Source: a virus. Taken from it: a stretch of 32,558 nt of DNA. Location: positions 1 to 32,558 of the IMG/VR virus record IMGVR_UViG_3300045988_015320, one strand, 5' to 3'. Position numbers and translations under genes: made by a program. The notes below the pieces were generated by a model, which searched no databases, was not told where the DNA came from, and was given only the letters and a program-made list of their open reading frames with translations. Each line of letters begins with the position of its first letter. Positions within the stretch are counted from its first letter, which is position 1. Shown here piece by piece: positions 15,060 to 22,196 of this stretch.

Positions 15060-15075
15060 GTTCTCTTTTGGGAAC
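15060..15075. promoter_or_regulatory. Distal operator-like site (O_D-like)
   Basis: GTTCTCTTTTGGGAAC lies immediately after the cro stop. It matches the site at 15312-15327 at 15 of 16 positions. Confidence 0.5.
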
Positions 15076-15285
15076 TTAGTTTGTAAAAAAAATTCCTAAC
15101 TGGTCTTTGGTATATCCAAGAACAGTCGCGACTTTAATTAGCTCGTCTGCATCAAATGACACAAGCCCGTTTTCACGCTTTGCGTATCGTACACGGTCAT
15201 TCCACCCCAAAGCTTTTGCCATGTCATCTTGTGTCATACCCTTGGCGATACGCTCCGCTTTAATTCGTAAACAATCTAATTTCAT
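15076..15285 (-). CDS. cro: Cro-like XRE-family HTH regulator
   Basis: 69 aa, with MTQDDMAKALGWNDRVRYAKRENG. It is divergent from the repressor gene. Confidence 0.75.
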   Translation of the reverse strand: MKLDCLRIKAERIAKGMTQDDMAKALGWNDRVRYAKRENGLVSFDADELIKVATVLGYTKDQLGIFFTN

Positions 15286-15464
15286 ATTGTTTCCTTTCTT
15301 TATTTTTTTCTGTTCTCTTTCGGGAACAACACAAGTATAGCATGCGCGTTCTCGTTTGTCAACACTTTTTTAAAAAAAAATAACATTTATTTTTAATTTC
15401 TTTTTATTTGTGCTTTTACGGGAACAGTGATATAATGAAATAAAGATAAAAAGGGGTGAGGAAA
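15286..15464. promoter_or_regulatory. Genetic switch: divergent promoters and three operator-like sites
   Basis: The lytic promoter (minus strand) is TTGACA (15357-15362), 17 nt, TATACT (15334-15339). The repressor promoter (plus strand) is TTGTGC (15408-15413), 17 nt, TGaTATAAT (15428-15436). Operator-like sites are GTTCTCTTTCGGGAAC (15312-15327), GTTCTCGTTTGTCAAC (15348-15363) and GTGCTTTTACGGGAAC (15410-15425). Confidence 0.65.
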
Positions 15465-15824
15465 ATGAGAAACAACGCTGAAATAATAGAACTAATAAAA
15501 CAGATTTGTAATGAAAAGGGAATATCTTTGAGCGAACTAGCTAGAAAAACCGGAATGGCAAAATCTGCAATTTCAAGATATTTCAATTTAACGAGGGGTT
15601 TTCCTCTTAATCGGGCAGACCAATTCGCCAAAGCGTTGGGAGTAACTCCGGAATATCTTTTGGGTGTTGAACCAGCAGCAGAAATCAAGGAACCCGAATT
15701 TACTTCGTCCGACCTACGCAAAATGGCTGAAAATGCTAAAACTTTCGATGGCAAACCATTGAATGAAGAGGATATCAATGCCATCCAAAACATTATTGAG
15801 ATATATCTCAAAGGAAGACAATGA
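15465..15824 (+). CDS. CI-type XRE-family repressor (no peptidase S24 domain)
   Basis: 119 aa from the ATG at 15465 (RBS GGGGTGAGG). HTH is ISLSELARKTGMAKSAISRYFN. The track start at 15456 is a GTG. Confidence 0.75.
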   Translation: MRNNAEIIELIKQICNEKGISLSELARKTGMAKSAISRYFNLTRGFPLNRADQFAKALGVTPEYLLGVEPAAEIKEPEFTSSDLRKMAENAKTFDGKPLNEEDINAIQNIIEIYLKGRQ

Positions 15825-16201
15825 GTATTGAAGATATTTGCAAAAAGTATGGTGTCAAGATAGAATATTTTGACAAGAACTTATGGAATAGGAACGGGAT
15901 TTATATTGATGAAATCAAAGTAGTATTCGTCAGTAAAGATCTTAGTCCAGATAAGCAAAAGCAAGTAATTCTCCACGAACTGGGTCACATAGATCACACT
16001 GAAAGAGAATATCAAAACGCACTTATAAGATGCGAAAACGAAGCAAACAGGAATATGATTCATCATCTTTTGGAAGATGCGCTTGCTAACTTGGAAAGTC
16101 CGGAAGATTTCAACTACTTGAATTTTATGGAGTTTTACAATTTGAAAAGCGTTACTGATGAAATTATGGTCAAGGAAGAATATAAAGCGTTATTAAATTA
16201 A
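15821..16201 (+). CDS. ImmA/IrrE-family zinc metalloprotease (anti-repressor protease)
   Basis: 126 aa with an HELGH motif. ATGA overlap with the repressor stop. Confidence 0.7.
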   Translation: MSIEDICKKYGVKIEYFDKNLWNRNGIYIDEIKVVFVSKDLSPDKQKQVILHELGHIDHTEREYQNALIRCENEANRNMIHHLLEDALANLESPEDFNYLNFMEFYNLKSVTDEIMVKEEYKALLN

Positions 16202-16212
16202 AGGAGTTAAAA

Positions 16213-16584
16213 ATGAGTTTTAAAGGTTTTATAAAATCAAAAACGTTAGGTGAATACCTTCAAGCTAAAAAAGATCCTCAACTAATGGAAGAAATTGAAA
16301 ACAGAGGAGTGAAGACTGTTTTAAAGGAATCTTCTAAAGCTAGTAGTGAACTAGTAGAAGTCCGAAAACAGAAAAAAATAGAAAAAAATGCTATAAAATG
16401 CCCACATTGTAATAGCAAGGAAGTACAGTTTATGCAACAAAATAAAAAAGGATTTTCAGTTGGAAAGGCTGTCGGAGGGGCTGTCTTGACAGGTGGGATC
16501 GGAACGCTAGCTGGATTCGCTGGTAAAAAAGGGAAAAAACAATGGCATTGTCAAGAATGCGGAAACATTTTTGAAACAAAATAA
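16213..16584 (+). CDS. Zinc-ribbon protein with embedded glycine-zipper segment; function unknown
   Basis: 123 aa. CPHC (63-66) and CQEC (112-115) bracket GFSVGKAVGGAVLTGGIGTLAGFAGKKGKK. RBS is AAAGGAG. The gene lies between ImmA and int. Confidence 0.6.
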   Translation: MSFKGFIKSKTLGEYLQAKKDPQLMEEIENRGVKTVLKESSKASSELVEVRKQKKIEKNAIKCPHCNSKEVQFMQQNKKGFSVGKAVGGAVLTGGIGTLAGFAGKKGKKQWHCQECGNIFETK

Positions 16585-16704
16585 CAAAAATCCCACGCTC
16601 TGAAAGTTTGGCGACTGCGAGCGTGAGATTATCATGTATAAAAAACAACCATTCAAAAGGTCATTTTCTTATACCCATTTTACCAAAAAGTGAGGTGATA
16701 ATCA

Positions 16705-17847
16705 ATGTGGATGGAAGAACTTCCCAATGGAAAGTATAAATTTTTTGAGAGATATAAAGACCCATACACTGAGAAATGGAAAAGAGTTTCTGTAACACTT
16801 GACTCAGGATCATCCAGAGCGAAAAAGGAAGCACAAAAACTACTGGATGAACGTATAGAAGAAACTTTACAGAATTTACAATCAACAGATGTGACTTATC
16901 AACACGTTTTAGATGAATGGTGGACATTTTACCAGAAAGAAATTAAAGGTAGCTCTATCAGCTCTCTTACAAGTAGCGTGAATGATTTTAGAGAAGTATT
17001 CGATACAGAAATTAAAGTTAAGAATATAGACACTAAATATATCCAGAGGTTCTTAAATGATCTAGATATTTCTCGTTCAAAACTAGAGCGCTATAAAATG
17101 ATTTTAAATCTATCGTTTGATTATGCAGTTAATCTTGAATACATCAAAGACAACCCTGCAAGACGAGCAAAACTTCCAAAACAAATAAAAACAATCGAAG
17201 AGTTAGAAAAGACAGAAAAGAAATTTTTGGAAGAGGATGAACTAAAAAGATTACTAGAAGAATTGTACAGAACAAACAATACATATAGACTAGGTTTGCT
17301 TGCTGAATTCATGTCATACAATGGTTGTCGAATCGGTGAAGCTATTGCTATTAAACAAGAAAATATTGATTTTGATAATAAGACGGTAAAAATCCATGGG
17401 ACTCTAGATAAAACAGTAGGGTATTCAAAAGGATTTAAAACAACTACGAAAACCGCTGCAAGTTTCAGAACTGTCTCCTTATCAAAGAGAGAAATTGAAA
17501 TTTTAAAAGAGTTTATCTCAATAAATGAACTTTCTAAAAACACTCGAAAAACATTCAATGATCTTGGCTTTATCTTTGTTACCAAAAACGGTATACCAAT
17601 CCAAAATAATTCTTTCAATTTAGCAATCCAGAAAGCAAATAAGCGTTTAAAAAAACCAATCGACAAACATCTGACTTCACATATTTTCAGGCATACTCTT
17701 GTTAGTAGGCTAGCAGAAAACAATGTACCTCTAAAAGCAATTATGGCAAGAGTTGGTCACTCTGATTCTCGAACGACTAATAAAATCTATACACACGTCA
17801 CCAAAAAGATGGACGATAACATTCTAGACTTGCTCGATTCTTTATAG
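16705..17847 (+). CDS. int: Tyrosine recombinase / phage integrase
   Basis: 380 aa. NGCRIGE (catalytic Arg), HIFRHT, GHSDSRTTNKIYTHV (catalytic Tyr). RBS is GTGAGGTGA. Confidence 0.9.
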   Translation: MWMEELPNGKYKFFERYKDPYTEKWKRVSVTLDSGSSRAKKEAQKLLDERIEETLQNLQSTDVTYQHVLDEWWTFYQKEIKGSSISSLTSSVNDFREVFDTEIKVKNIDTKYIQRFLNDLDISRSKLERYKMILNLSFDYAVNLEYIKDNPARRAKLPKQIKTIEELEKTEKKFLEEDELKRLLEELYRTNNTYRLGLLAEFMSYNGCRIGEAIAIKQENIDFDNKTVKIHGTLDKTVGYSKGFKTTTKTAASFRTVSLSKREIEILKEFISINELSKNTRKTFNDLGFIFVTKNGIPIQNNSFNLAIQKANKRLKKPIDKHLTSHIFRHTLVSRLAENNVPLKAIMARVGHSDSRTTNKIYTHVTKKMDDNILDLLDSL

Positions 17848-18082
17848 TTTGCCCCTTATTTGCCCCCTATACACAAAAAAAGCCTGTCACACAAGCTTAA
17901 ATGCTTGATACAACAGGCTTTTTATAGAATCATTATTTAACTGCTTCTTTAAGAGCCAACAATATTTCATAAGTACATAATAGAAAGAAACCCTATCAAA
18001 TAAGCATAAATAAGAAATAAACTACATTTATTTTTAACCATAAAAATATAAAAGTTTTAACCTTTTGCCCCTTTTTTGCCCC
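17848..18082. promoter_or_regulatory. attP region with four direct arm-type repeats
   Basis: TTTGCCCC occurs at 17848, 17859, 18064 and 18075. All four copies share one orientation, with 11 bp between the copies in each pair. They flank an AT-rich segment between int and the lysin. Confidence 0.6.
17875..17923 (+). terminator. Terminator after int
   Basis: AGCCTGT ... ACAGGCT (7 bp), with an inner CAAGC/GCTTG stem, flanked by an A-run and TTTTT. Confidence 0.6.
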
Positions 18083-18085
18083 TTT

Positions 18086-18119
18086 TTTAAACAAAAACCA
18101 CTAGTGGGCGCTAGTGGTT
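18086..18119 (-). terminator. Second minus-strand terminator downstream of the lysin
   Basis: Perfect 9-bp stem AACCACTAG/CTAGTGGTT with a 6-nt loop. TTTTTGTTT follows on the minus strand. Confidence 0.55.
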
Positions 18120-18175
18120 TAAAGTAGGTATATATTAGAATATCTACCTATATTATACCACATTTTATTTCAGAG

Positions 18176-18208
18176 CAAACAAAAAACCGCCAGCGAATTG
18201 CCAGCGGT
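18176..18208 (-). terminator. Terminator after the lysin
   Basis: Minus-strand RNA is ACCGCUGGC-AAUUC-GCUGGCGGU (9 bp, two G:U) followed by UUUUUUGUUU. Confidence 0.6.
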
Positions 18209-18239
18209 CTAGTGTAATTAAATTTTGAATCTTTCTATT

Positions 18240-18660
18240 TTATTTAGTTGTAATTAAGCCGTCAGGCTCTACTGTAAATTCAGGCTTGTCTGCCATTCTA
18301 CCATCTGAAAGTAGCAAGTACCAGCCGTCATTGTACTTGACAAAGCAATCTGATTTCATGTCACCATTGGTTGCATCTAAGTAATACCACTTGTCGTAGT
18401 ATTTAACCCATCCTTTAACCATAGCGCCATCTCTGCTGAAATAATACCATTTGTCATTGATTTTATTCCAGTCAGTCGCCATTTCACCTGACTTATCAAA
18501 GTAGTACCATGTGCCATCTGGTCGTTTCTTCCACTTGTCAGCGAGCATATAACCCGAGCCATCGAAATAGTACCAAGTTCCGTCAATCTTTTCAAATTGC
18601 TCTTTAGGATAAGAGCCGTTAGCTCTAGCGTACCAATAGCCAGCGTCATCCTTTTGCCAG
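18240..18660 (-). repeat. Choline-binding (cell-wall-binding) repeat region of the lysin
   Basis: Tandem ~20-aa repeats with conserved W-Y-Y-F/L and G-x-M. Confidence 0.8.
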
Positions 18661-19121
18661 CCTTTCTTGACTTCTTCAGCTTGAGCGTTTGGATTGGTTA
18701 AACGATAGGCATAAAAGTAAGGTTGACCTGCTGCGTTCCAGATAGCATCGTGATTGTTAACTGTGATACCGTTTCTTGCGTAGTTACAATGAATGATATT
18801 ATCTGAGTCAACAAACATACCAGTATGCCCACCAGCGCCAGCAGAATATCCACGTTTTCCGTATATAAAGATGTCCCCACGCTGAGCGTTCCATTCTTGG
18901 TTTTCAGCGATTAACTCGTATCCATTTTTAACCAACCAGTCGTGCTCATACTCTGTATTTACTGCCCATCCAGCTGATACTGCCCCGGCGCTTCTCAAAG
19001 CATAATAGACTGAGCTTGAGCAGTCGTAAGAATCAGGACCGTCACGGTCTTCCATACTATAAGATACTTGTCCTTGTCTTGCTCGCATCCATGCAATAGC
19101 ATTTTCAATATTAATTCCCAT
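18240..19121 (-). CDS. Endolysin: Amidase_5-type catalytic domain plus choline-binding repeats (Pal-like architecture)
   Basis: 293 aa. The N-terminus has [20 protein letters not shown]...GGHTGMF. The C-terminus has about six GW/WYYF repeats ([38 protein letters not shown] and others). Confidence 0.85.
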   Translation of the reverse strand: MGINIENAIAWMRARQGQVSYSMEDRDGPDSYDCSSSVYYALRSAGAVSAGWAVNTEYEHDWLVKNGYELIAENQEWNAQRGDIFIYGKRGYSAGAGGHTGMFVDSDNIIHCNYARNGITVNNHDAIWNAAGQPYFYAYRLTNPNAQAEEVKKGWQKDDAGYWYARANGSYPKEQFEKIDGTWYYFDGSGYMLADKWKKRPDGTWYYFDKSGEMATDWNKINDKWYYFSRDGAMVKGWVKYYDKWYYLDATNGDMKSDCFVKYNDGWYLLLSDGRMADKPEFTVEPDGLITTK

Positions 19122-19139
19122 TTATTTTATTTTCCTTTC

Positions 19140-20606
19140 TTATGGTAAAACGCCCGGCCAAGGCTCACTAGTCAAGTAAGAGATTGAGCTTACACGGATA
19201 TCTCCGATGTCACGGTCTGTTGGCACTGGGTCAGTAAACTGAAATCTCAGCATGTTGCTGTCTCCGTAACCTCCCAAGTACCAGGTACCGTAAGGCGTAC
19301 CCTTGTCATTGTAAATGCTGCCAATTAAACTAGCCTCAGACCTGAAACCTTGAGGGACTCCACTCAATCCTAAAATATAGCAATTTCGTTCTTTGTCACT
19401 ACCTTGTGCCTCGTATCCTACGCCACCTCTGCGAACAACACCGAACCAACCCCACGAAAGACCGCCAAATTGGTAAGTAACTAAATCATTTTTTCGTCTA
19501 ACTTTCAAGAATGAGTTTCCGAGTTTAGATTTAATATTTAAAGTCCGCCAGCCTGTGTCTCCAGTTAACACCTCCCAGCCCTGATTGCCAGCGCCTGAGC
19601 GCTTAATCCATTTCAAAGCCCCGTTTGTAACCGCCGTATCAACATAGGTAGTACCAACTGGAGCAGTAACTTTTCCGTTAGGCATACCAGTCCCGTGGAT
19701 TTCGTACTCATTTACTTGTCCGCCTGTACCAGATGAGGTTGGTAGAGTGACATTTCCTCCACCGTCGGATAAGATAAGGGTGTTCCCTTCAAGACTTAAT
19801 TTCTGAGGGATTCCAACACCGTCACGACCATTCTCGCCTTTAGGTCCTGTAAGTCCAATAGGTCCTTGAAGCCCGTCTGCTCCTTTAGGTCCGACATCGC
19901 CTTGTGGACCACGTTCGCCAGCTTCTCCCTTATCTCCTTTTGGACCAGGTGTAAGAGAGATATTTCGCAGTTCTTCCTTGGTAGCAAAGTTACTTGTATC
20001 AATGACAGGTTTGTTTTCTAAAGCTGTTACACGCTCTCTAAGGTCGCTATCATCATAGACGGTATCTTTATCCGTCTTTGTCTTTAATGCTTCGATATCG
20101 GCTGAAATATGGCTTATTTCGGTACGTAAGTTGCTATCGTCATAAGTGCCACCTTGCTCTTTGATTTTTGCAAAGAGTTCATCCAGCTCTTGCTTGGTCA
20201 CTACATCCTTGATGTTGACAATTCGCCCTGTTTCACGTTCAATAAGTGGTGTCTTAACTGCCTTATCAATCTCACTTACGTGAACATTAAACATAAAGCT
20301 ATATACATCCGCTGACTGCTCTACTTTTTCAAAATAAATATAACCAATAACAGCTTCATCTGTCGTGATCAATGATGTGTCGAATTGAACCGTAAACGAA
20401 TTACCTTCGATCACTGCTTCTACTTCCTGGTATCGCTTAGTGGTTTTGAAATAGAATAAGCAGATGACCTTAGTAGCGGTTAAATTATCAAGCGTGAATT
20501 TAAACTCTGCATTATTCTTATCGTGGCTGTAAAATTCATTATATAATCTCTCAATACCACGATTACTGGATAGAACGGTTAATTTTCTTTCAATAACCTT
20601 CTTCAA
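19140..20606 (-). CDS. BppU-like tail fibre / receptor-binding-type protein with collagen-like stalk
   Basis: 488 aa. TTG start lies 6 nt after AAGGAGG. The N-terminus looks like BppU_N. The motif YDDS(N/D)LR occurs twice. There are 14 full G-X-Y triplets, followed by a ~220-aa C-terminal globular domain. Confidence 0.6.
   Translation of the reverse strand: MKKVIERKLTVLSSNRGIERLYNEFYSHDKNNAEFKFTLDNLTATKVICLFYFKTTKRYQEVEAVIEGNSFTVQFDTSLITTDEAVIGYIYFEKVEQSADVYSFMFNVHVSEIDKAVKTPLIERETGRIVNIKDVVTKQELDELFAKIKEQGGTYDDSNLRTEISHISADIEALKTKTDKDTVYDDSDLRERVTALENKPVIDTSNFATKEELRNISLTPGPKGDKGEAGERGPQGDVGPKGADGLQGPIGLTGPKGENGRDGVGIPQKLSLEGNTLILSDGGGNVTLPTSSGTGGQVNEYEIHGTGMPNGKVTAPVGTTYVDTAVTNGALKWIKRSGAGNQGWEVLTGDTGWRTLNIKSKLGNSFLKVRRKNDLVTYQFGGLSWGWFGVVRRGGVGYEAQGSDKERNCYILGLSGVPQGFRSEASLIGSIYNDKGTPYGTWYLGGYGDSNMLRFQFTDPVPTDRDIGDIRVSSISYLTSEPWPGVLP
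19812..19946 (-). repeat. Collagen-like G-X-Y repeat
   Basis: GPKGDKGEAGERGPQGDVGPKGADGLQGPIGLTGPKGENGRDGVG (residues 221-265). Confidence 0.9.
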
Positions 20607-20624
20607 GTGCTACCTCCTTTCTTT

Positions 20625-20654
20625 CAAAAAGAAAGAGAACCACAAAGGGTTCTC
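20625..20654 (-). terminator. Intrinsic terminator between holin and the fibre gene
   Basis: Perfect 7-bp stem GAGAACC/GGTTCTC with loop CUUUGU, followed by UUUCUUUUUG on the minus strand. It lies immediately before the fibre-gene RBS. Confidence 0.65.
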
Positions 20655-20661
20655 AAACCTG

Positions 20662-20898
20662 TTAGTCTTCACTTGGTTCGTGATATTCAAGCGCTCTGTC
20701 ACTATCTGTGATACCAGCAGTCGTTGGATCAGTAACCACCCCGAGCAATACAAGAATGTAAACAAATGTGTTCACACCGTCTTGAATGTTTTTTGGAACT
20801 TCAAGTCCGAATTGTTGAGCCATAAGAAATACCGCTCCCAAAAGAGCGATAAGCGTAACTTTATTTTGTAAACGTAGTTTCCAGTTAATTTTGTTCAT
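20662..20898 (-). CDS. Holin (phi LC3-type small holin)
   Basis: 78 aa. MNKINWKLRLQNKVTLIALLGAVFLMAQ plus a second TM helix and a charged C-terminus. Confidence 0.7.
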   Translation of the reverse strand: MNKINWKLRLQNKVTLIALLGAVFLMAQQFGLEVPKNIQDGVNTFVYILVLLGVVTDPTTAGITDSDRALEYHEPSED

Positions 20899-21346
20899 TT
20901 TCTTTCTCCTTCACTTCAACTTCAATTTTGTCTTTTTGGTCAATGTTGACCAGCAACTGACCTATCTTACGAGCATTATCTTTCTTGATTTGATTGATAT
21001 ACGGTTTTAGAAACTCTGGAAACGCTAGTCCTATCATTTCCCAATTTTCAATCACTGAAAACAGATAATTGAAAGCAAAAAACATAGTCCAAGCAATCCC
21101 AAAACTACGGAAACCAAGTGAACGTGCGTACATAGCTACAAGTAGGATGACTGCGAAAACAATGAAATGTCGAATCAATCCCATTGTTCCAATTTTGCTA
21201 TCAAAACGCTTAGTCTTAAATGCCTTGATGTATCCAGTAACAATATCTAAAACCATCAACCAAAAAAAGAAGTGAATATACGGGCTGTATGATAGATTTT
21301 TAAGATGTTCTATTAGTTCGTGAAATGCTAAGTCTTGCATAAACAC
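20885..21346 (-). CDS. Holin (family 4 / TcdE-like)
   Basis: 153 aa with multiple TM helices. LDIVTGYIKAF...SKIG...IENWEMIG matches the holin_4 pattern. Confidence 0.65.
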   Translation of the reverse strand: MFMQDLAFHELIEHLKNLSYSPYIHFFFWLMVLDIVTGYIKAFKTKRFDSKIGTMGLIRHFIVFAVILLVAMYARSLGFRSFGIAWTMFFAFNYLFSVIENWEMIGLAFPEFLKPYINQIKKDNARKIGQLLVNIDQKDKIEVEVKEKENEQN

Positions 21347-21349
21347 CTC

Positions 21350-21955
21350 CTATTGAATAGGTTTAGTTTCTAGATCGCTAGATGGTTTAGGTTCTGTCCA
21401 CTTCCAGATACCAAGCTTACCGTTTTGTTCAAGGCTTGCGAGTTCTTCAAGCGTCTGTCCTTGATAAGTGAACGCTTCGTTTACTTGAACCATGACACGC
21501 TTACCTTCTTGATATTTTTCAACGTGATTAGGATTTTCAAGAGTGAAAATTTCTTGTGATTGGTAAGTCTTACCAGTTTTACCGAGATCAACCAATTCAA
21601 GACCACGCTTGAATACTGTTGGATTAAGCGGGTTATCTGTGTCAGTAACACGAGCCAATACCGCCCAATCTGCAACTGCTTTTACTTCCGCAATTTTAGC
21701 ATCTTTCTGCTCAAGTTTAGCTTCGTATTCTTGCGCTTGCGTTTGCAAGTCTTCTTGAAGTTTCTTCACGCCATCGGCTGGGTTCAGCTCAGTAGCTACT
21801 TGACCGAGTACAGCTTGAATAAGAACTTCATCCGTTTCGTTCACACGGTCACCAATCAATACACGGTCAAAAGCTGTATATGGTGCTTCTTGTCGAATTG
21901 CTACGAATGTACGATTATTTTCTTGAAGATATTTGTTTACTACTTTAAATGTCAT
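21350..21955 (-). CDS. Hypothetical protein of the tail/lysis junction
   Basis: 201 aa with a central coiled coil. No motif recognised. Confidence 0.4.
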   Translation of the reverse strand: MTFKVVNKYLQENNRTFVAIRQEAPYTAFDRVLIGDRVNETDEVLIQAVLGQVATELNPADGVKKLQEDLQTQAQEYEAKLEQKDAKIAEVKAVADWAVLARVTDTDNPLNPTVFKRGLELVDLGKTGKTYQSQEIFTLENPNHVEKYQEGKRVMVQVNEAFTYQGQTLEELASLEQNGKLGIWKWTEPKPSSDLETKPIQ

Positions 21956-21958
21956 AAA

Positions 21959-22183
21959 TTATTGTTCCTCCTGTGGTTTATCTAATTCTTCTGCTACTTT
22001 GTCGAAAAGAGCCTTCAGCTCTTCATTTGACTGCAAGACTTTGTTGATTTTTTCAAGTTGTTCGTGAACTTGCTTAAATTGTTCCTGTGCTTCGTCACGT
22101 TCAGCAAGGCTGAAAGACTCTGAAATAGTTTTATTGGCTAGTTGAATACCTAGATTGTTGATAACTTTTTCTTGTATGTTCAT
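21959..22183 (-). CDS. Hypothetical coiled-coil protein
   Basis: 74 aa, acidic. Confidence 0.4.
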   Translation of the reverse strand: MNIQEKVINNLGIQLANKTISESFSLAERDEAQEQFKQVHEQLEKINKVLQSNEELKALFDKVAEELDKPQEEQ

Positions 22184-22196
22184 TGTTTACCTCATT

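Noticed and set aside
15416-15811. 131-aa minus-strand ORF antisense to the repressor gene
   Set aside because: It overlaps the repressor promoter and CDS, and the hydrophobic low-complexity sequence lacks an RBS. The divergent cro gene already accounts for minus-strand coding at the switch.
16585-16660. Inverted repeat CACGCTC-19 nt-GAGCGTG after the zinc-ribbon gene as a terminator
   Set aside because: The loop is long and no T-tract follows. It is at best a weak structure, and int probably continues to be co-transcribed.
17121-17723. 200-aa minus-strand ORF antisense to the integrase gene
   Set aside because: It lies entirely inside the well-supported int CDS. The sequence is low-complexity and Phe/Ser/Leu-rich, typical of the antisense frame of an AT-rich gene. 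It has no RBS or motif.
19812-19946. Short-period nucleotide repetition that might have suggested a tandem repeat or CRISPR-like array
   Set aside because: It is the in-frame G-X-Y collagen-like region of a 488-aa protein. There are no direct repeats with unique spacers anywhere in the window.
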